In this document: positions 10,882-19,863 of the stretch, piece by piece
How positions within the stretch are numbered: position 1 is the stretch's first letter
How the letters are laid out: each line of letters starts with the position of its first letter
Assembly (NCBI GenBank): GCA_965116475.1
Contig: OZ220691.1
Span: 928,001 to 992,000, forward strand
Direction of reading: 5' to 3'
Source of the DNA: Gemmatimonadota bacterium
Lineage (GTDB): Bacteria > Gemmatimonadota > Gemmatimonadetes > Palauibacterales > Palauibacteraceae
DNA length: 64,000 nt
Position numbers and translations under genes: made by a program
The notes under the pieces: model-generated
Databases searched by the model: none
Told to the model about the DNA's origin: nothing
Seen by the model: the letters and a program-made list of their open reading frames with translations, nothing else

Positions 10882-10901
10882 TCAAGCATAACATGTTGCG
10901 C

Positions 10902-11921
10902 GTGAAAACCGCCTATGATCTCGCCTGCGAAGCACTCGCGGCGGCCCCTCGACGATGGCTGGTCACGGGGGGCGCCGGCTTCATCGGATCCCACCTCGTC
11001 GAGCGGCTCCTGACGCTGGGACAGGAGGTCGTGGCGCTCGACGACCTCTCGACCGGCCACCGCGGCAACATCGACGACGCCGTGGCGGCCTCGGGCGCCC
11101 CCGCGGACCGCTGCCGTTTCGTGGAGCGGGACATCGTCGACGCGGACGCCGCCGTCGAGGCATGCCGCGACATCGACATCGTGCTGCACCAGGCCGCGCT
11201 GGGGTCCGTGCCCCGGTCGGTCAAGGAGCCGCAGGAGGCGTATGCCCGCAACGTCGAGGGGTTCATCAACGTGCTGGACGCGGCCCGCGACGCCGGCGTC
11301 TCCCGCCTCGTCTACGCCTCCTCGAGCTCGGTGTACGGGGATTCGCCCTGCCTCCCGAAAGTGGAAGCTCGCATCGGGAACCCGGCATCCCCCTACGCGG
11401 CCACGAAGCGCGTCAACGAGTTGTACGCGGAGATGTACCGCCGCAGCTACAACCTCCAGATCGTCGGACTCCGTTATTTCAACGTCTTCGGCAAGAGGCA
11501 GGACCCCGAGGGGCCGTACGCGGCCGTCATACCACGCTGGACCCTGCGGATGCTGGCGGGAAAGTCGTGCCGGATCTACGGAGACGGGAAGACGACCCGG
11601 GACTACTGCTACATCGACAACGTGGTACAGGCGAACCTGCTCGCCGCCACGACGGGGGCGGAGACGGCGCTCGGCGTCTACAACGTCGCCGCGGGAGATC
11701 CGACGACGCTGAACGAGCTGTTCGACCTCATCCGGTCGGGGCTCGCGGAGGGGCGGCCGGATGTGGGAAGCGCGGAACCCGTCTACGAGGGCTTCCGGGC
11801 CGGGGACGTACGGCATTCGTACGCGGACATCTCGAAATCCCGGGAACGGCTGGGATACGAGCCCCGCTGGACGCTCTCCGAAGGCCTTCGGTCCACGCTC
11901 GACTGGTACGCCGCCCTCTGA
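10902..11921 (+). CDS. NAD-dependent epimerase, WbpP/TviC-like UDP-GlcNAc(A) 4-epimerase
   Basis: [44 protein letters not shown]. Start is GTG 10902 or ATG 10893. Confidence 0.9.
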   Translation: MKTAYDLACEALAAAPRRWLVTGGAGFIGSHLVERLLTLGQEVVALDDLSTGHRGNIDDAVAASGAPADRCRFVERDIVDADAAVEACRDIDIVLHQAALGSVPRSVKEPQEAYARNVEGFINVLDAARDAGVSRLVYASSSSVYGDSPCLPKVEARIGNPASPYAATKRVNELYAEMYRRSYNLQIVGLRYFNVFGKRQDPEGPYAAVIPRWTLRMLAGKSCRIYGDGKTTRDYCYIDNVVQANLLAATTGAETALGVYNVAAGDPTTLNELFDLIRSGLAEGRPDVGSAEPVYEGFRAGDVRHSYADISKSRERLGYEPRWTLSEGLRSTLDWYAAL

Positions 11922-12634
11922 ACGGCGGGGACTGGCCTGCGCGCACACGTCCTCCGGGGCTACCGGGGTCCGGCCTTCACCTGTGGAGAATCGACCTCTC
12001 CGACCGTGGCGCGTCCGGCGGCCGCGCCCTCCTGAGTCCGGACGAACGGGCCCGGGCAGAACGACTCGTCAGCGCGGAGGCGCGCGCCCGGTTCCGCCGC
12101 GCCCGCATCGCCCTGCGACGGCTCCTCTCCGAGTACCTGCGCGTCCCGCCCGGCGAGCTGGCGCTGGAGTACGGAGAGCACGGAAAGCCCCGGCTGGTGC
12201 CGGCACAGGGCGAGGCCGGGGCCGGCGACGCTCCCCCGTTCTTCTTCAATCTCAGCCACTCGGGCGGCCTCGCGCTCTGCGCGGTGGGCCAGTCCGGCGA
12301 GATCGGCGTCGACATCGAACGCATCCGGCCGCTCAGCTACCCGGGGGCTCTCGCCCGCGACCACCTCTCCCCCGAAGAGTGGCGCCTCCGCTCCGACTGG
12401 GAGACCGCGGCGGCCAGACCGGAGTTCTTCCGGATCTGGGCCCGAAAGGAGTCGATTCTCAAGGCCGCCGGACTCGGTCTGTCGCGTCCGCTGAGCCGCG
12501 TCGACACGATTCGCGGAGAACTCGACGGGCGCTCCTGGTGGCTGATGGACCTCTCCCCCGGGAAGGGCTTCACGGGCGCCGTGGCCTGCTCCCGGGCGCC
12601 CGAATCCGTCCGGCAGTGGAGCTGGCTCCGGTAG
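11918..12634 (+). CDS. Sfp-type 4'-phosphopantetheinyl transferase
   Basis: GKP, FNLSHS, IGVDIE, WARKESILKA. No ATG or GTG near the 5' end; proposed CTG start in a CTGA overlap. Confidence 0.85.
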   Translation: MNGGDWPARTRPPGLPGSGLHLWRIDLSDRGASGGRALLSPDERARAERLVSAEARARFRRARIALRRLLSEYLRVPPGELALEYGEHGKPRLVPAQGEAGAGDAPPFFFNLSHSGGLALCAVGQSGEIGVDIERIRPLSYPGALARDHLSPEEWRLRSDWETAAARPEFFRIWARKESILKAAGLGLSRPLSRVDTIRGELDGRSWWLMDLSPGKGFTGAVACSRAPESVRQWSWLR

Positions 12635-12672
12635 TCGGCGGGAAAAGGCTCGCTGCGGTTCGAGCGGCAAGG

Positions 12673-12701
12673 TTGACGATGATCGATCCGCTCCCCATAG
12701 T
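12673..12701 (+). promoter_or_regulatory. Sigma70-type promoter for glnA
   Basis: TTGACG-N17-CATAGT. Confidence 0.6.
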
Positions 12702-12798
12702 GCCCCGCGACATTGCGGGTCGTGCCCGACCGCCAGCCGCGGAACCGGACCTACGAACCCTCCCCCAGTATGCCCTCAAGTGACCCGGAGGTCGCGCC

Positions 12799-14199
12799 AT
12801 GTCCGACGCCGTTTTTGCGGCACCCAGTGAACACCCCTCGCACCTTCGATACGACGACTACGGGAGCGTCGTCGCCTCGGGCGATCGAGACGCGATCCTG
12901 AAGCTTTGCGAGGACCTGAACGTCCGCTTCCTTCGTCTCATCTTCATCGACATCAACGGTTTCGCGAAGAATGTCGAGGTCCCGGCCAGCAAGCTCGAAG
13001 ACGGTTTTGACGCGAAGGTCATGTTCGACGGCTCGTCGATCGCGGGATATGTGCGCATCGAGGAAAGCGACATGCTCCTCCGGCCCGACCTGGACACGTT
13101 CCGGGTCTTGCCGTGGGGAAACCCGGACGCCCGGGTGGCCCAGATGTACTGCGACGTCCGGCGCCCGTACAACAAGCCGTTCGGCGGCTGCCCGCGCGCG
13201 GCGCTGAAGCGCGTCGTCGCCAGAGCGGAGTCGATGGGCTACACGATGTACTCCGCCGTCGAGGCCGAGTTCTTCCTCTTCAAGACGAACGAGGACGGTA
13301 GCTGCAATTTCGTCACGCACGACGATGGCGGGTACTTCGACCTCACGCCGTCGGACCTCGCCGAGCGGGCGCGGCGCGAGATGGTGACCGGCATGGAGGC
13401 GATGGGCCTCGATGTCGAGGCCGCCCACCACGAAGTCGCCGAGGGCCAGCACGAGATCGACTACAAGTACGGCGAAGCGCTGCGGACGGCCGACGACCTC
13501 ATGACGTTCAAGTTCATCGTCCGCAACATCGCGCTCGCGCACGGGCTCCACGCGACGTTCATGCCGAAGCCCATCTTCGGCGCGAACGGCTCCGGCATGC
13601 ACACGCACCAGTCGCTGTTCAAGGGTGGGAAGAACATCTTCCACGACGCGAATGCCGACTACGAGCTGGCCGATGTCATGCTCCACTACATCGGCGGCCT
13701 CAAGAAGCACGCGCGGGCGATCGCGGCGGTCACCAACCCGATCGTGAACAGCTACAAGCGGCTCGTACCCGGCTACGAGGCCCCGATCTCCATCGCGTGG
13801 TCGCAGCGGAACCGGTCGCCCATGATCCGCATTCCCGAGCAGCGGGGCGTCGGCACGCGGCTCGAGTTCCGCATGCCCGACCCGTCGTGCAACGGCTACC
13901 TGGCGACGGCCGTCCAGCTCGCCGCCGGTCTCGACGGCATCGAAAACGAGATCGATCCCGGCCCGCCGCTCGACACGAACGTGTGGCAGCTGTCCGACGA
14001 GGAGCGCGCGAAGATCGGGCTCGAGGTGCTGCCCGCGAACCTCGGCGAGGCCGTGGAGGAACTCGAGGGGAACGAAGTGATGAAGGACGCCCTCGGCGAC
14101 CACATCTTCGAGCAGTTCGTGAGCCGCAAGAAGGCCGAGTGGAGCGACTACGTGGCGTCGGTCTCCGAGTGGGAACTCGAACAGTACATCAACTACTAG
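12799..14199 (+). CDS. glnA: Glutamine synthetase type I (alpha-like)
   Basis: FDGSSI, EAEFF, HHEVAEGQHEI, FMPKP..G.NGSGMH, SYKRLVPGYEAP, EFRMPD; GGAGG RBS. Confidence 0.96.
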   Translation: MSDAVFAAPSEHPSHLRYDDYGSVVASGDRDAILKLCEDLNVRFLRLIFIDINGFAKNVEVPASKLEDGFDAKVMFDGSSIAGYVRIEESDMLLRPDLDTFRVLPWGNPDARVAQMYCDVRRPYNKPFGGCPRAALKRVVARAESMGYTMYSAVEAEFFLFKTNEDGSCNFVTHDDGGYFDLTPSDLAERARREMVTGMEAMGLDVEAAHHEVAEGQHEIDYKYGEALRTADDLMTFKFIVRNIALAHGLHATFMPKPIFGANGSGMHTHQSLFKGGKNIFHDANADYELADVMLHYIGGLKKHARAIAAVTNPIVNSYKRLVPGYEAPISIAWSQRNRSPMIRIPEQRGVGTRLEFRMPDPSCNGYLATAVQLAAGLDGIENEIDPGPPLDTNVWQLSDEERAKIGLEVLPANLGEAVEELEGNEVMKDALGDHIFEQFVSRKKAEWSDYVASVSEWELEQYINY

Positions 14200-14208
14200 C
14201 GAGTCCCG

Positions 14209-14245
14209 GGCAGCCACCCGCGGCTGCCTGAGCGGCTGCCTGAGC
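14209..14245. terminator. GC hairpin between convergent glnA and gdh, with duplicated right arm
   Basis: GGCAGCC-acccgc-GGCTGCC, with GCGGCTGCCTGA present twice; no U-tract. Confidence 0.4.
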
Positions 14246-14248
14246 CGA

Positions 14249-17200
14249 TCAGCGGTCCGGGGGTTCCAGGATCCCCGGATCGCTGACGGCGTCCACGGCC
14301 ACGACGAGCCCGGGGAGCCCCGCCCCGGCGCTCCGGACGTCGGCGATCACGTTCCGAATCCGGCTCAACCCCACCGCGTTCCGGCGCCGGAAGGATCGCA
14401 TGGCCTCGTCCGTCGTCGACGCCTCGGCGCGGGCAATGATCTGCGCCGCCATGCGCGACCGCGCGAGTTCGAGTCGCGTGACGAGGATGCGCGCCGCCCT
14501 CTGATCCCACGGATCGTCCGCGGCCAGCGAGTAGACGCGGCTCCGCAGCCACGGAAAGTCGATCTCCTCGGCGAGACCGAAGTACACGGCGCCGACCTCG
14601 CGCGTGCCGGCGCCCGTTTCCCGGATAAGGCTGGCGATCGGCAGCAGTTCGTCCACGTAGCGGAACGTCGTGAGTCGCGCCGCGCCCTCCGGATCGAGCC
14701 CGTCCATCTCGTGCAGCGCGCAGGTGGACTCGAAACGTTCCAGCCGTTCCGCGGTGAGCAGTTCCGGCAGGGCCTCGCGGACCGCGCGCACGGGGTCGTG
14801 CAGCCACTCGATCGCCTCGCCGATCGGCGCCGCGGGGTCGGTCCGCTCCAGGAGCCACCGAGTCGCGCGCGTCAGCGCGTCCGCCATCGCGAGGTAGCAC
14901 TCGTTCTGCGCCCCGCTCCGCATCCGGACGTCGGCGACGCGCAGCCGCTCGTACAGATCCTCGGAATCGGCGATCCGTGACGCGACGTACCAGGTGCGGG
15001 CGACGGTCGCGGCGGCGCGGTCGGTCTCCTCCATGAGCCGGATGTGGCTCGTGGCGCCCATGCGGTCCACGTAGCGGTTCGTCAGCAGCATGCTCGAGAT
15101 GTTCGGGCGCAGCCGGTGCTCCTCGAGGTCCGCCGTCTCGACCTCCTTCAGCGCCCCGAACGGGAAGTAGTCCTCCACGAGTTCCATCATGGCCGGGTCG
15201 CGGGAAACGCTGGACTCCGTGAGCGCATGCTTGAGATGAAGCTTCGAGTACGCCATCACGGTGGCGAGTTCCGGCCTCGTGAGGTGCGCCCCGGCGTTTT
15301 CCCGCTCGATGAGTTCCTCCCCCGCCGGCAGGTATTCGAGGGCCGGATCCAGGATCCCCTCCCGCTCGAAACGCTGGATCACCTCGCGGAATGTCGCGGG
15401 CGCGCGCCGCGCCCGGATGTAGTCGAGGCTGATGGCGAGGCTCTGGCTGTACGTGTTGCGGAGGACCTTCCACGCGACCTCATTCGTGCATTCGCGCAGC
15501 AGGTCGTTTCGCGCCTCGTAGTCGATCCCTCCGCGCGACAGCGGCGCGCCCAGCAGGATCTTGAGGTTGACCTCGTGGTCGGACATGTCGACCCCGGCGG
15601 AGTTGTCCACGGCATCGGTGTTGATGCTCCCCCCGCGGAGCGCGTATTCCACCCGCGCGCGCTGCGTGAAGCCGAGATTGCCGCCCTCCCCCACGACCCG
15701 CGCCTGGATGGCCGTCGCATCGACCCGGGTGGGATCGCCGCTCGGGTCGCCGACATCGGCGTGGCGTTCCGAACTCGCCTTCACATACGTGCCGATGCCG
15801 CCGTTCCACAGGAGGTCCACGGGCGCCGACAGGATGGCGCGGATCAGCTCGTTCCCGTTCATCTCCTCGCGATCGACGGCGAGGCGCTCGCGGATCTGCG
15901 GCGAAAGGCGGATCTGCTTCTCCGTACGGTCGTAGACGCCGCCTCCCTCGCTCAGGAGTTCGGCGTCGTAGTCGGCCCACGACGAGGCCGGGAGCTCGAA
16001 CAGCCGTTTCCGCTCCTCCCACGATGCCCCCGGATCCGGGTTCGGGTCGAGGAAGATGTCGCGGTGATCGAAGGCGGCGACGAGCTGGACCTGCTTGCTG
16101 AGCAGCATCCCGTTGCCGAACACGTCGCCGCTCATGTCGCCGATACCGACGGCCGTGAACGGTTCGTTCTCGTAGTCGATGTCCGCTTCCCGGAAGTGGC
16201 GCTTCACGCACTCCCACGCACCGCGGGCCGTGATCCCCTCCTTCTTGTGGTCGTAGCCCTGCGATCCGCCGGAGGCGAAGGCGTCATCGAGCCAGAAGCC
16301 CGCTTCCGCCGCCAGTTCGTTGGCCGTGTCCGAGTTCTTCGCCGTCCCCTTGTCCGCCGCTACGACGAGATACGGATCGGGTCCGTCGTGGATCACCATC
16401 GCCCGGGGTTGTGCGACCTCGCCATCGACGACGTCATCCGAGACTTCCAGCAAACCGCGAATGAAGTCCCGGTAGCTGTCCAGCCCCGCCGCGAGCCGTT
16501 CGTGGCGATCCTCCGGCAGGCCCTTCACGATGAAGGCGCCCTTCGCGCCGCCGGGCACGATGACGGCGTTCTTCACCCGTTGGGTCTTCACGAGCCCGAG
16601 CACTTCCACCCGGAAATCCCCGTAGCGGTCGCTCCACCTGATCCCGCCGCGCGCCACGTCGTCCATGCGCAGGTGGGCGGCCTCCGTGCGGGGGCCGCGC
16701 AGGTAGACCTCGTGCTTCGGCTTCGGCTCCGGGATGAAGTCGACGGAGCGGCTCGAGATCTTGAGCGCGAGAAGAGGCGAACCGCGCAACTCGCCCCGGT
16801 AGTGGTTCGTGCGCACGGTCGCGTGGACGAGCTCCATCATCCGCCGCAGCGTCCGGTCGTCCTCGATCCCGCGTACCGAAGCCAGCCCGCGCGTAAACTC
16901 GCGCTTCAGGCGTCGCATGGCGGCGGCCGCCCCCTCCTGCGCCTCCGGATCGAAGCGCGCCTCGAAGGCCCGGAAGATGCAGCGTGCGATGTCGGGGTAC
17001 GCCGTGAGTGGAAACTGGCCGCCCGTGGGAGCGGCGACGGCGCCGATGCGGAACGTGTAGCCCGCGTAGGCCCGGAGGACGGATACCTCCTGCCATGTGA
17101 GACCGGCGGTCACGATGAGCTCGTTCAGCCGGTCATCTTCCGCCAGCCCCGCCCGGATGGCCCGCAGCATGTCGCCGATCCGGTCCTGTGCCGCCGCGAT

Positions 17201-19090
17201 GTCGAGTTCGCCGGCGCGCATCGCCTCGGCTTCGAAGGACTGCACGCGCGCCGCGAACATCTCTTCCGCGGCGTCCGGCGTGTCATCCCTGAGCCGGATC
17301 GTGAAGCGGAGCGAATCGAGCACCCGGAGCCCCAGGTTCTCGAGCGTGGGGATCACGTCGCTCAGGACGTAGTGACCCTTCCGGGCGTACAGCCGCAGCT
17401 GATAGTGCCGCCCGTCGTCCTCTCCCGCGGACCGTTTGAGCAGTACCTGGCTCTCGCCCGTCTCCGCCAGCCGCGCGAGACAGGCCACATCCTCGACCGC
17501 GGTGTCGATGTCCATCGCCGCCTGGTAGCCGGTCGAGAAGCGCACGACGTGCGTGGCGAGTTCGTGGCCTCGCGTCGGACCGTGGACGGCATCGAGCGCG
17601 TCCTCGAGGCGTTCCTCCCACGTGCGGACGATCGAGCGGACCTTGGCCTGCACGGTGTCGAGGTCGACCGGTCCCACCTCGTCCGGGTCGTGGGCCAGGT
17701 AGAAGTGGAGGCGCGCCTGGTCGCCCTGGCCGAGCGCGAGATGATAGTTGAGGAGCGTCCCCCCGTAGGCCTCGATCAGCGCCGCCTGCAGTCGCCTCCG
17801 CACCTGCCCGGAGAAATGGGTCCTGGGGAGGATGACGAGAAGCTGGACGCCGCGGCCGAGCTGGTCGGGACGCGCCGTGACCCGCACGTCGTCCCCGCCT
17901 CCGGTCGCCATCACCGCGTCGATGACCGAGCGGATCTCCTCTACCGAGGCGAGGAACAGTTCCTCCTTCGGCATCGAGTTGAACGTCCCCAGGATCACGT
18001 TGTAGTCGTGGGATCCGGGGGGCGCGGCTTCCAGCTGCAGGATCTCGCGCAGCTTGCGGCGCAGGATCGGGATGGAGGAGGCCTCCTGCGAGAAAGCCTT
18101 CGCGGTGAACAGGCCGAGGAACCGGTGCTCGCCGTACACCGTCCCGTCCGGGCGCAGGCGTTTGATGCCCACGTAGTCCATGCGGACGTTGCGCCGAATC
18201 GGACTCTGGGCGTTGGTCTTGGAGATGATGAGAAGCGGGCCGCCCAGCACCCGGGCGCGGAGGTAGGCGGGGAGTTCGTCCAGGGGCCGGGGTTCGTGGT
18301 ACTTCGATGTGTCGTCGTCCCTGAGGATGCCGAGCCCGCTCCCCTCCTCGACGCGGATCCAGTCGCGACCGGCGTCGTCCGTCTCGATGCGGTACGCGCG
18401 GTAGCCGAGGAAGACGAAGCCGGGGTCTGCGAGCCACCGGAGGAGGTCCTGGATCTCCTCGAACTCGGTGCTGCGCCACGGCGTCTCGGCGCGCTTGTCC
18501 TCGAGTTCGCCGACGAGCGCCTTCACCTGCTCGATCATGGGGGAGAAATCCCCGGTGACGGCGCGCACGAGTTCGAGGCGCCGCCTTACCTCGGCCTCCA
18601 GCGTCTCCCGAACCTCCGCGTGGTGGGCGTCGTCGAGCACGATGTGGACGACCGATACCCGCGTGCCGTCGGCCGAGTGGTCGCGGATGTCGAGCACGCG
18701 GCCCGACGCGTCCCGGTCCACCACCACGACGGGGTGGAGAAGGTGCGGTAGGTCGAGCCCCGCCGAGTGGAGATACTCGCGCAGCGTGTCGACGATGAAG
18801 GGTCGGTCCTCCATCACCGTCTGGAGCACGCCGCGCGACGGATCGTCCTCGTCCCAGGCGAGCCGGATCGCGATTTCGCCGTCGGCGGCGCCGGCCACGA
18901 GGCGGTAGAGCGCGGCGACATCGTCGGCCAGGGCGCGGACCGGGCGCCCGTCCGCGATGTGGGTGTAGCCGCGGCTGAAGAGACGGCGGGAGAGGTTGCG
19001 GACCGCCTCCCCGGGCGCGTCCGGGAGTCGCGATTCGATCTCGCGGATCAGCGGCCCGAGGTCCGACCGCTGCGCATGCTTGTTTTTCAT
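14249..19090 (-). CDS. gdhB: Large NAD-specific glutamate dehydrogenase (about 1600 aa)
   Basis: ACT-like N-terminal domains; ARGGIRWSDR, KNAVIVP.GAKG, YLVVAADKGTA, GIGDMSGDVFGNG, DNSAGVD.SDHEVN. Confidence 0.95.
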   Translation of the reverse strand: MKNKHAQRSDLGPLIREIESRLPDAPGEAVRNLSRRLFSRGYTHIADGRPVRALADDVAALYRLVAGAADGEIAIRLAWDEDDPSRGVLQTVMEDRPFIVDTLREYLHSAGLDLPHLLHPVVVVDRDASGRVLDIRDHSADGTRVSVVHIVLDDAHHAEVRETLEAEVRRRLELVRAVTGDFSPMIEQVKALVGELEDKRAETPWRSTEFEEIQDLLRWLADPGFVFLGYRAYRIETDDAGRDWIRVEEGSGLGILRDDDTSKYHEPRPLDELPAYLRARVLGGPLLIISKTNAQSPIRRNVRMDYVGIKRLRPDGTVYGEHRFLGLFTAKAFSQEASSIPILRRKLREILQLEAAPPGSHDYNVILGTFNSMPKEELFLASVEEIRSVIDAVMATGGGDDVRVTARPDQLGRGVQLLVILPRTHFSGQVRRRLQAALIEAYGGTLLNYHLALGQGDQARLHFYLAHDPDEVGPVDLDTVQAKVRSIVRTWEERLEDALDAVHGPTRGHELATHVVRFSTGYQAAMDIDTAVEDVACLARLAETGESQVLLKRSAGEDDGRHYQLRLYARKGHYVLSDVIPTLENLGLRVLDSLRFTIRLRDDTPDAAEEMFAARVQSFEAEAMRAGELDIAAAQDRIGDMLRAIRAGLAEDDRLNELIVTAGLTWQEVSVLRAYAGYTFRIGAVAAPTGGQFPLTAYPDIARCIFRAFEARFDPEAQEGAAAAMRRLKREFTRGLASVRGIEDDRTLRRMMELVHATVRTNHYRGELRGSPLLALKISSRSVDFIPEPKPKHEVYLRGPRTEAAHLRMDDVARGGIRWSDRYGDFRVEVLGLVKTQRVKNAVIVPGGAKGAFIVKGLPEDRHERLAAGLDSYRDFIRGLLEVSDDVVDGEVAQPRAMVIHDGPDPYLVVAADKGTAKNSDTANELAAEAGFWLDDAFASGGSQGYDHKKEGITARGAWECVKRHFREADIDYENEPFTAVGIGDMSGDVFGNGMLLSKQVQLVAAFDHRDIFLDPNPDPGASWEERKRLFELPASSWADYDAELLSEGGGVYDRTEKQIRLSPQIRERLAVDREEMNGNELIRAILSAPVDLLWNGGIGTYVKASSERHADVGDPSGDPTRVDATAIQARVVGEGGNLGFTQRARVEYALRGGSINTDAVDNSAGVDMSDHEVNLKILLGAPLSRGGIDYEARNDLLRECTNEVAWKVLRNTYSQSLAISLDYIRARRAPATFREVIQRFEREGILDPALEYLPAGEELIERENAGAHLTRPELATVMAYSKLHLKHALTESSVSRDPAMMELVEDYFPFGALKEVETADLEEHRLRPNISSMLLTNRYVDRMGATSHIRLMEETDRAAATVARTWYVASRIADSEDLYERLRVADVRMRSGAQNECYLAMADALTRATRWLLERTDPAAPIGEAIEWLHDPVRAVREALPELLTAERLERFESTCALHEMDGLDPEGAARLTTFRYVDELLPIASLIRETGAGTREVGAVYFGLAEEIDFPWLRSRVYSLAADDPWDQRAARILVTRLELARSRMAAQIIARAEASTTDEAMRSFRRRNAVGLSRIRNVIADVRSAGAGLPGLVVAVDAVSDPGILEPPDR

Positions 19091-19220
19091 GCCCGTAGAT
19101 ACCCCATTGTGCCGCACAGGGTCAACGGCAAACGTGCGGGACCCGGAATCGGAGCCTTCGAGGGCGCGCGCGCGACGCGCCGGCAGAACGGAGAACGAAG
19201 CGAGGAAAGGGACGGCGAGG

Positions 19221-19439
19221 ATGCATATATCGATCGAATACTGCGTCGCTTGAGACTACGAACCGCAAGCCGCCAGTCTGGCGGCCACCCTCAGAGATCG
19301 GTTCGCGGATGTCGATATCGAGATGATCCCCTCCGGCGGCGGCCGCTTCGAGGTCGTGGCGGAGGGAAAGCTCATCTATTCGAAGGCCGCCACCGGCCGG
19401 CACCCCACCCACGAGGAGATCCTCGACGCGCTGGGTTAG
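19221..19439 (+). CDS. SelW/SelT/SelH (Rdx family) selenoprotein, 72 aa, CxxU with Sec at codon 11
   Basis: Reads MHISIEYCVA-TGA(19251-19253)-DYEPQAASLAATLRDRFADVDIEMIPSGGGRFEVVAEGKLIYSKAATGRHPTHEEILDALG*. Rdx motifs continue in frame past the TGA. Confidence 0.88.
19269..19285 (+). promoter_or_regulatory. Candidate bacterial SECIS hairpin
   Basis: GCCGCCA-GTC-TGGCGGC, with the apical G about 23 nt 3' of the UGA. Confidence 0.7.
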
Positions 19440-19798
19440 CGGCCGGCGCGTCCGTAGCGGTCCTCGAGGCGCACCAGGTCGTCCAGCTCCGGCGTGCTCA
19501 CCTCGAGGATGACGCTGTCCTCGAGCGCCTCCATGCGGTGCACATTCCCCGGCGGGATCGAGACGGTCTCGCCGGGGAGCCACTCGAAGACCGCTTCGCC
19601 GAGCGTAAAGCGCATGCGTCCGGACTGGAGGAGCATCGTCTCGTGCTTCACGAGGTGCTTCTGCAGCGAGAGGATGTGCCCCTTTTCGACTTCGAGGACC
19701 TTCCCCGCGTAGCGGTCCGTGCGGGCGTACCACACCTCACGCCCCCAGGGCTTGTCCACGATGCGGGGCTCGCCGCGGCGTGCCGGTTCCCGTTCCAT
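19436..19798 (-). CDS. Small cupin (mannose-6-phosphate isomerase-like)
   Basis: VDKPWGRE, LSLQKH..KHET, PPGNVHR, EVSTPELDD.VRLEDRYGR. Confidence 0.85.
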   Translation of the reverse strand: MEREPARRGEPRIVDKPWGREVWYARTDRYAGKVLEVEKGHILSLQKHLVKHETMLLQSGRMRFTLGEAVFEWLPGETVSIPPGNVHRMEALEDSVILEVSTPELDDLVRLEDRYGRAGR

Positions 19799-19863
19799 GG
19801 CGGAACATGATACACGGGCGGGTCGGAGGCTGCCGAAATTGAGGGATGTGGTGTCCAGGAGCG

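Noticed and set aside
12702-12798. Possible glutamine riboswitch in the glnA leader
   Set aside because: No recognisable consensus by eye; an Rfam scan would be needed
15044-18751. 1235-aa plus-strand ORF antisense to gdh
   Set aside because: Shadow ORF expected from high-GC codon bias; no motifs; the real gene is on the opposite strand
18996-19253. 85-aa ORF ending YCVA*, or reading the Rdx gene as a pseudogene
   Set aside because: The TGA aligns with the redox Cys/Sec position, the downstream frame is intact and a SECIS-like hairpin follows
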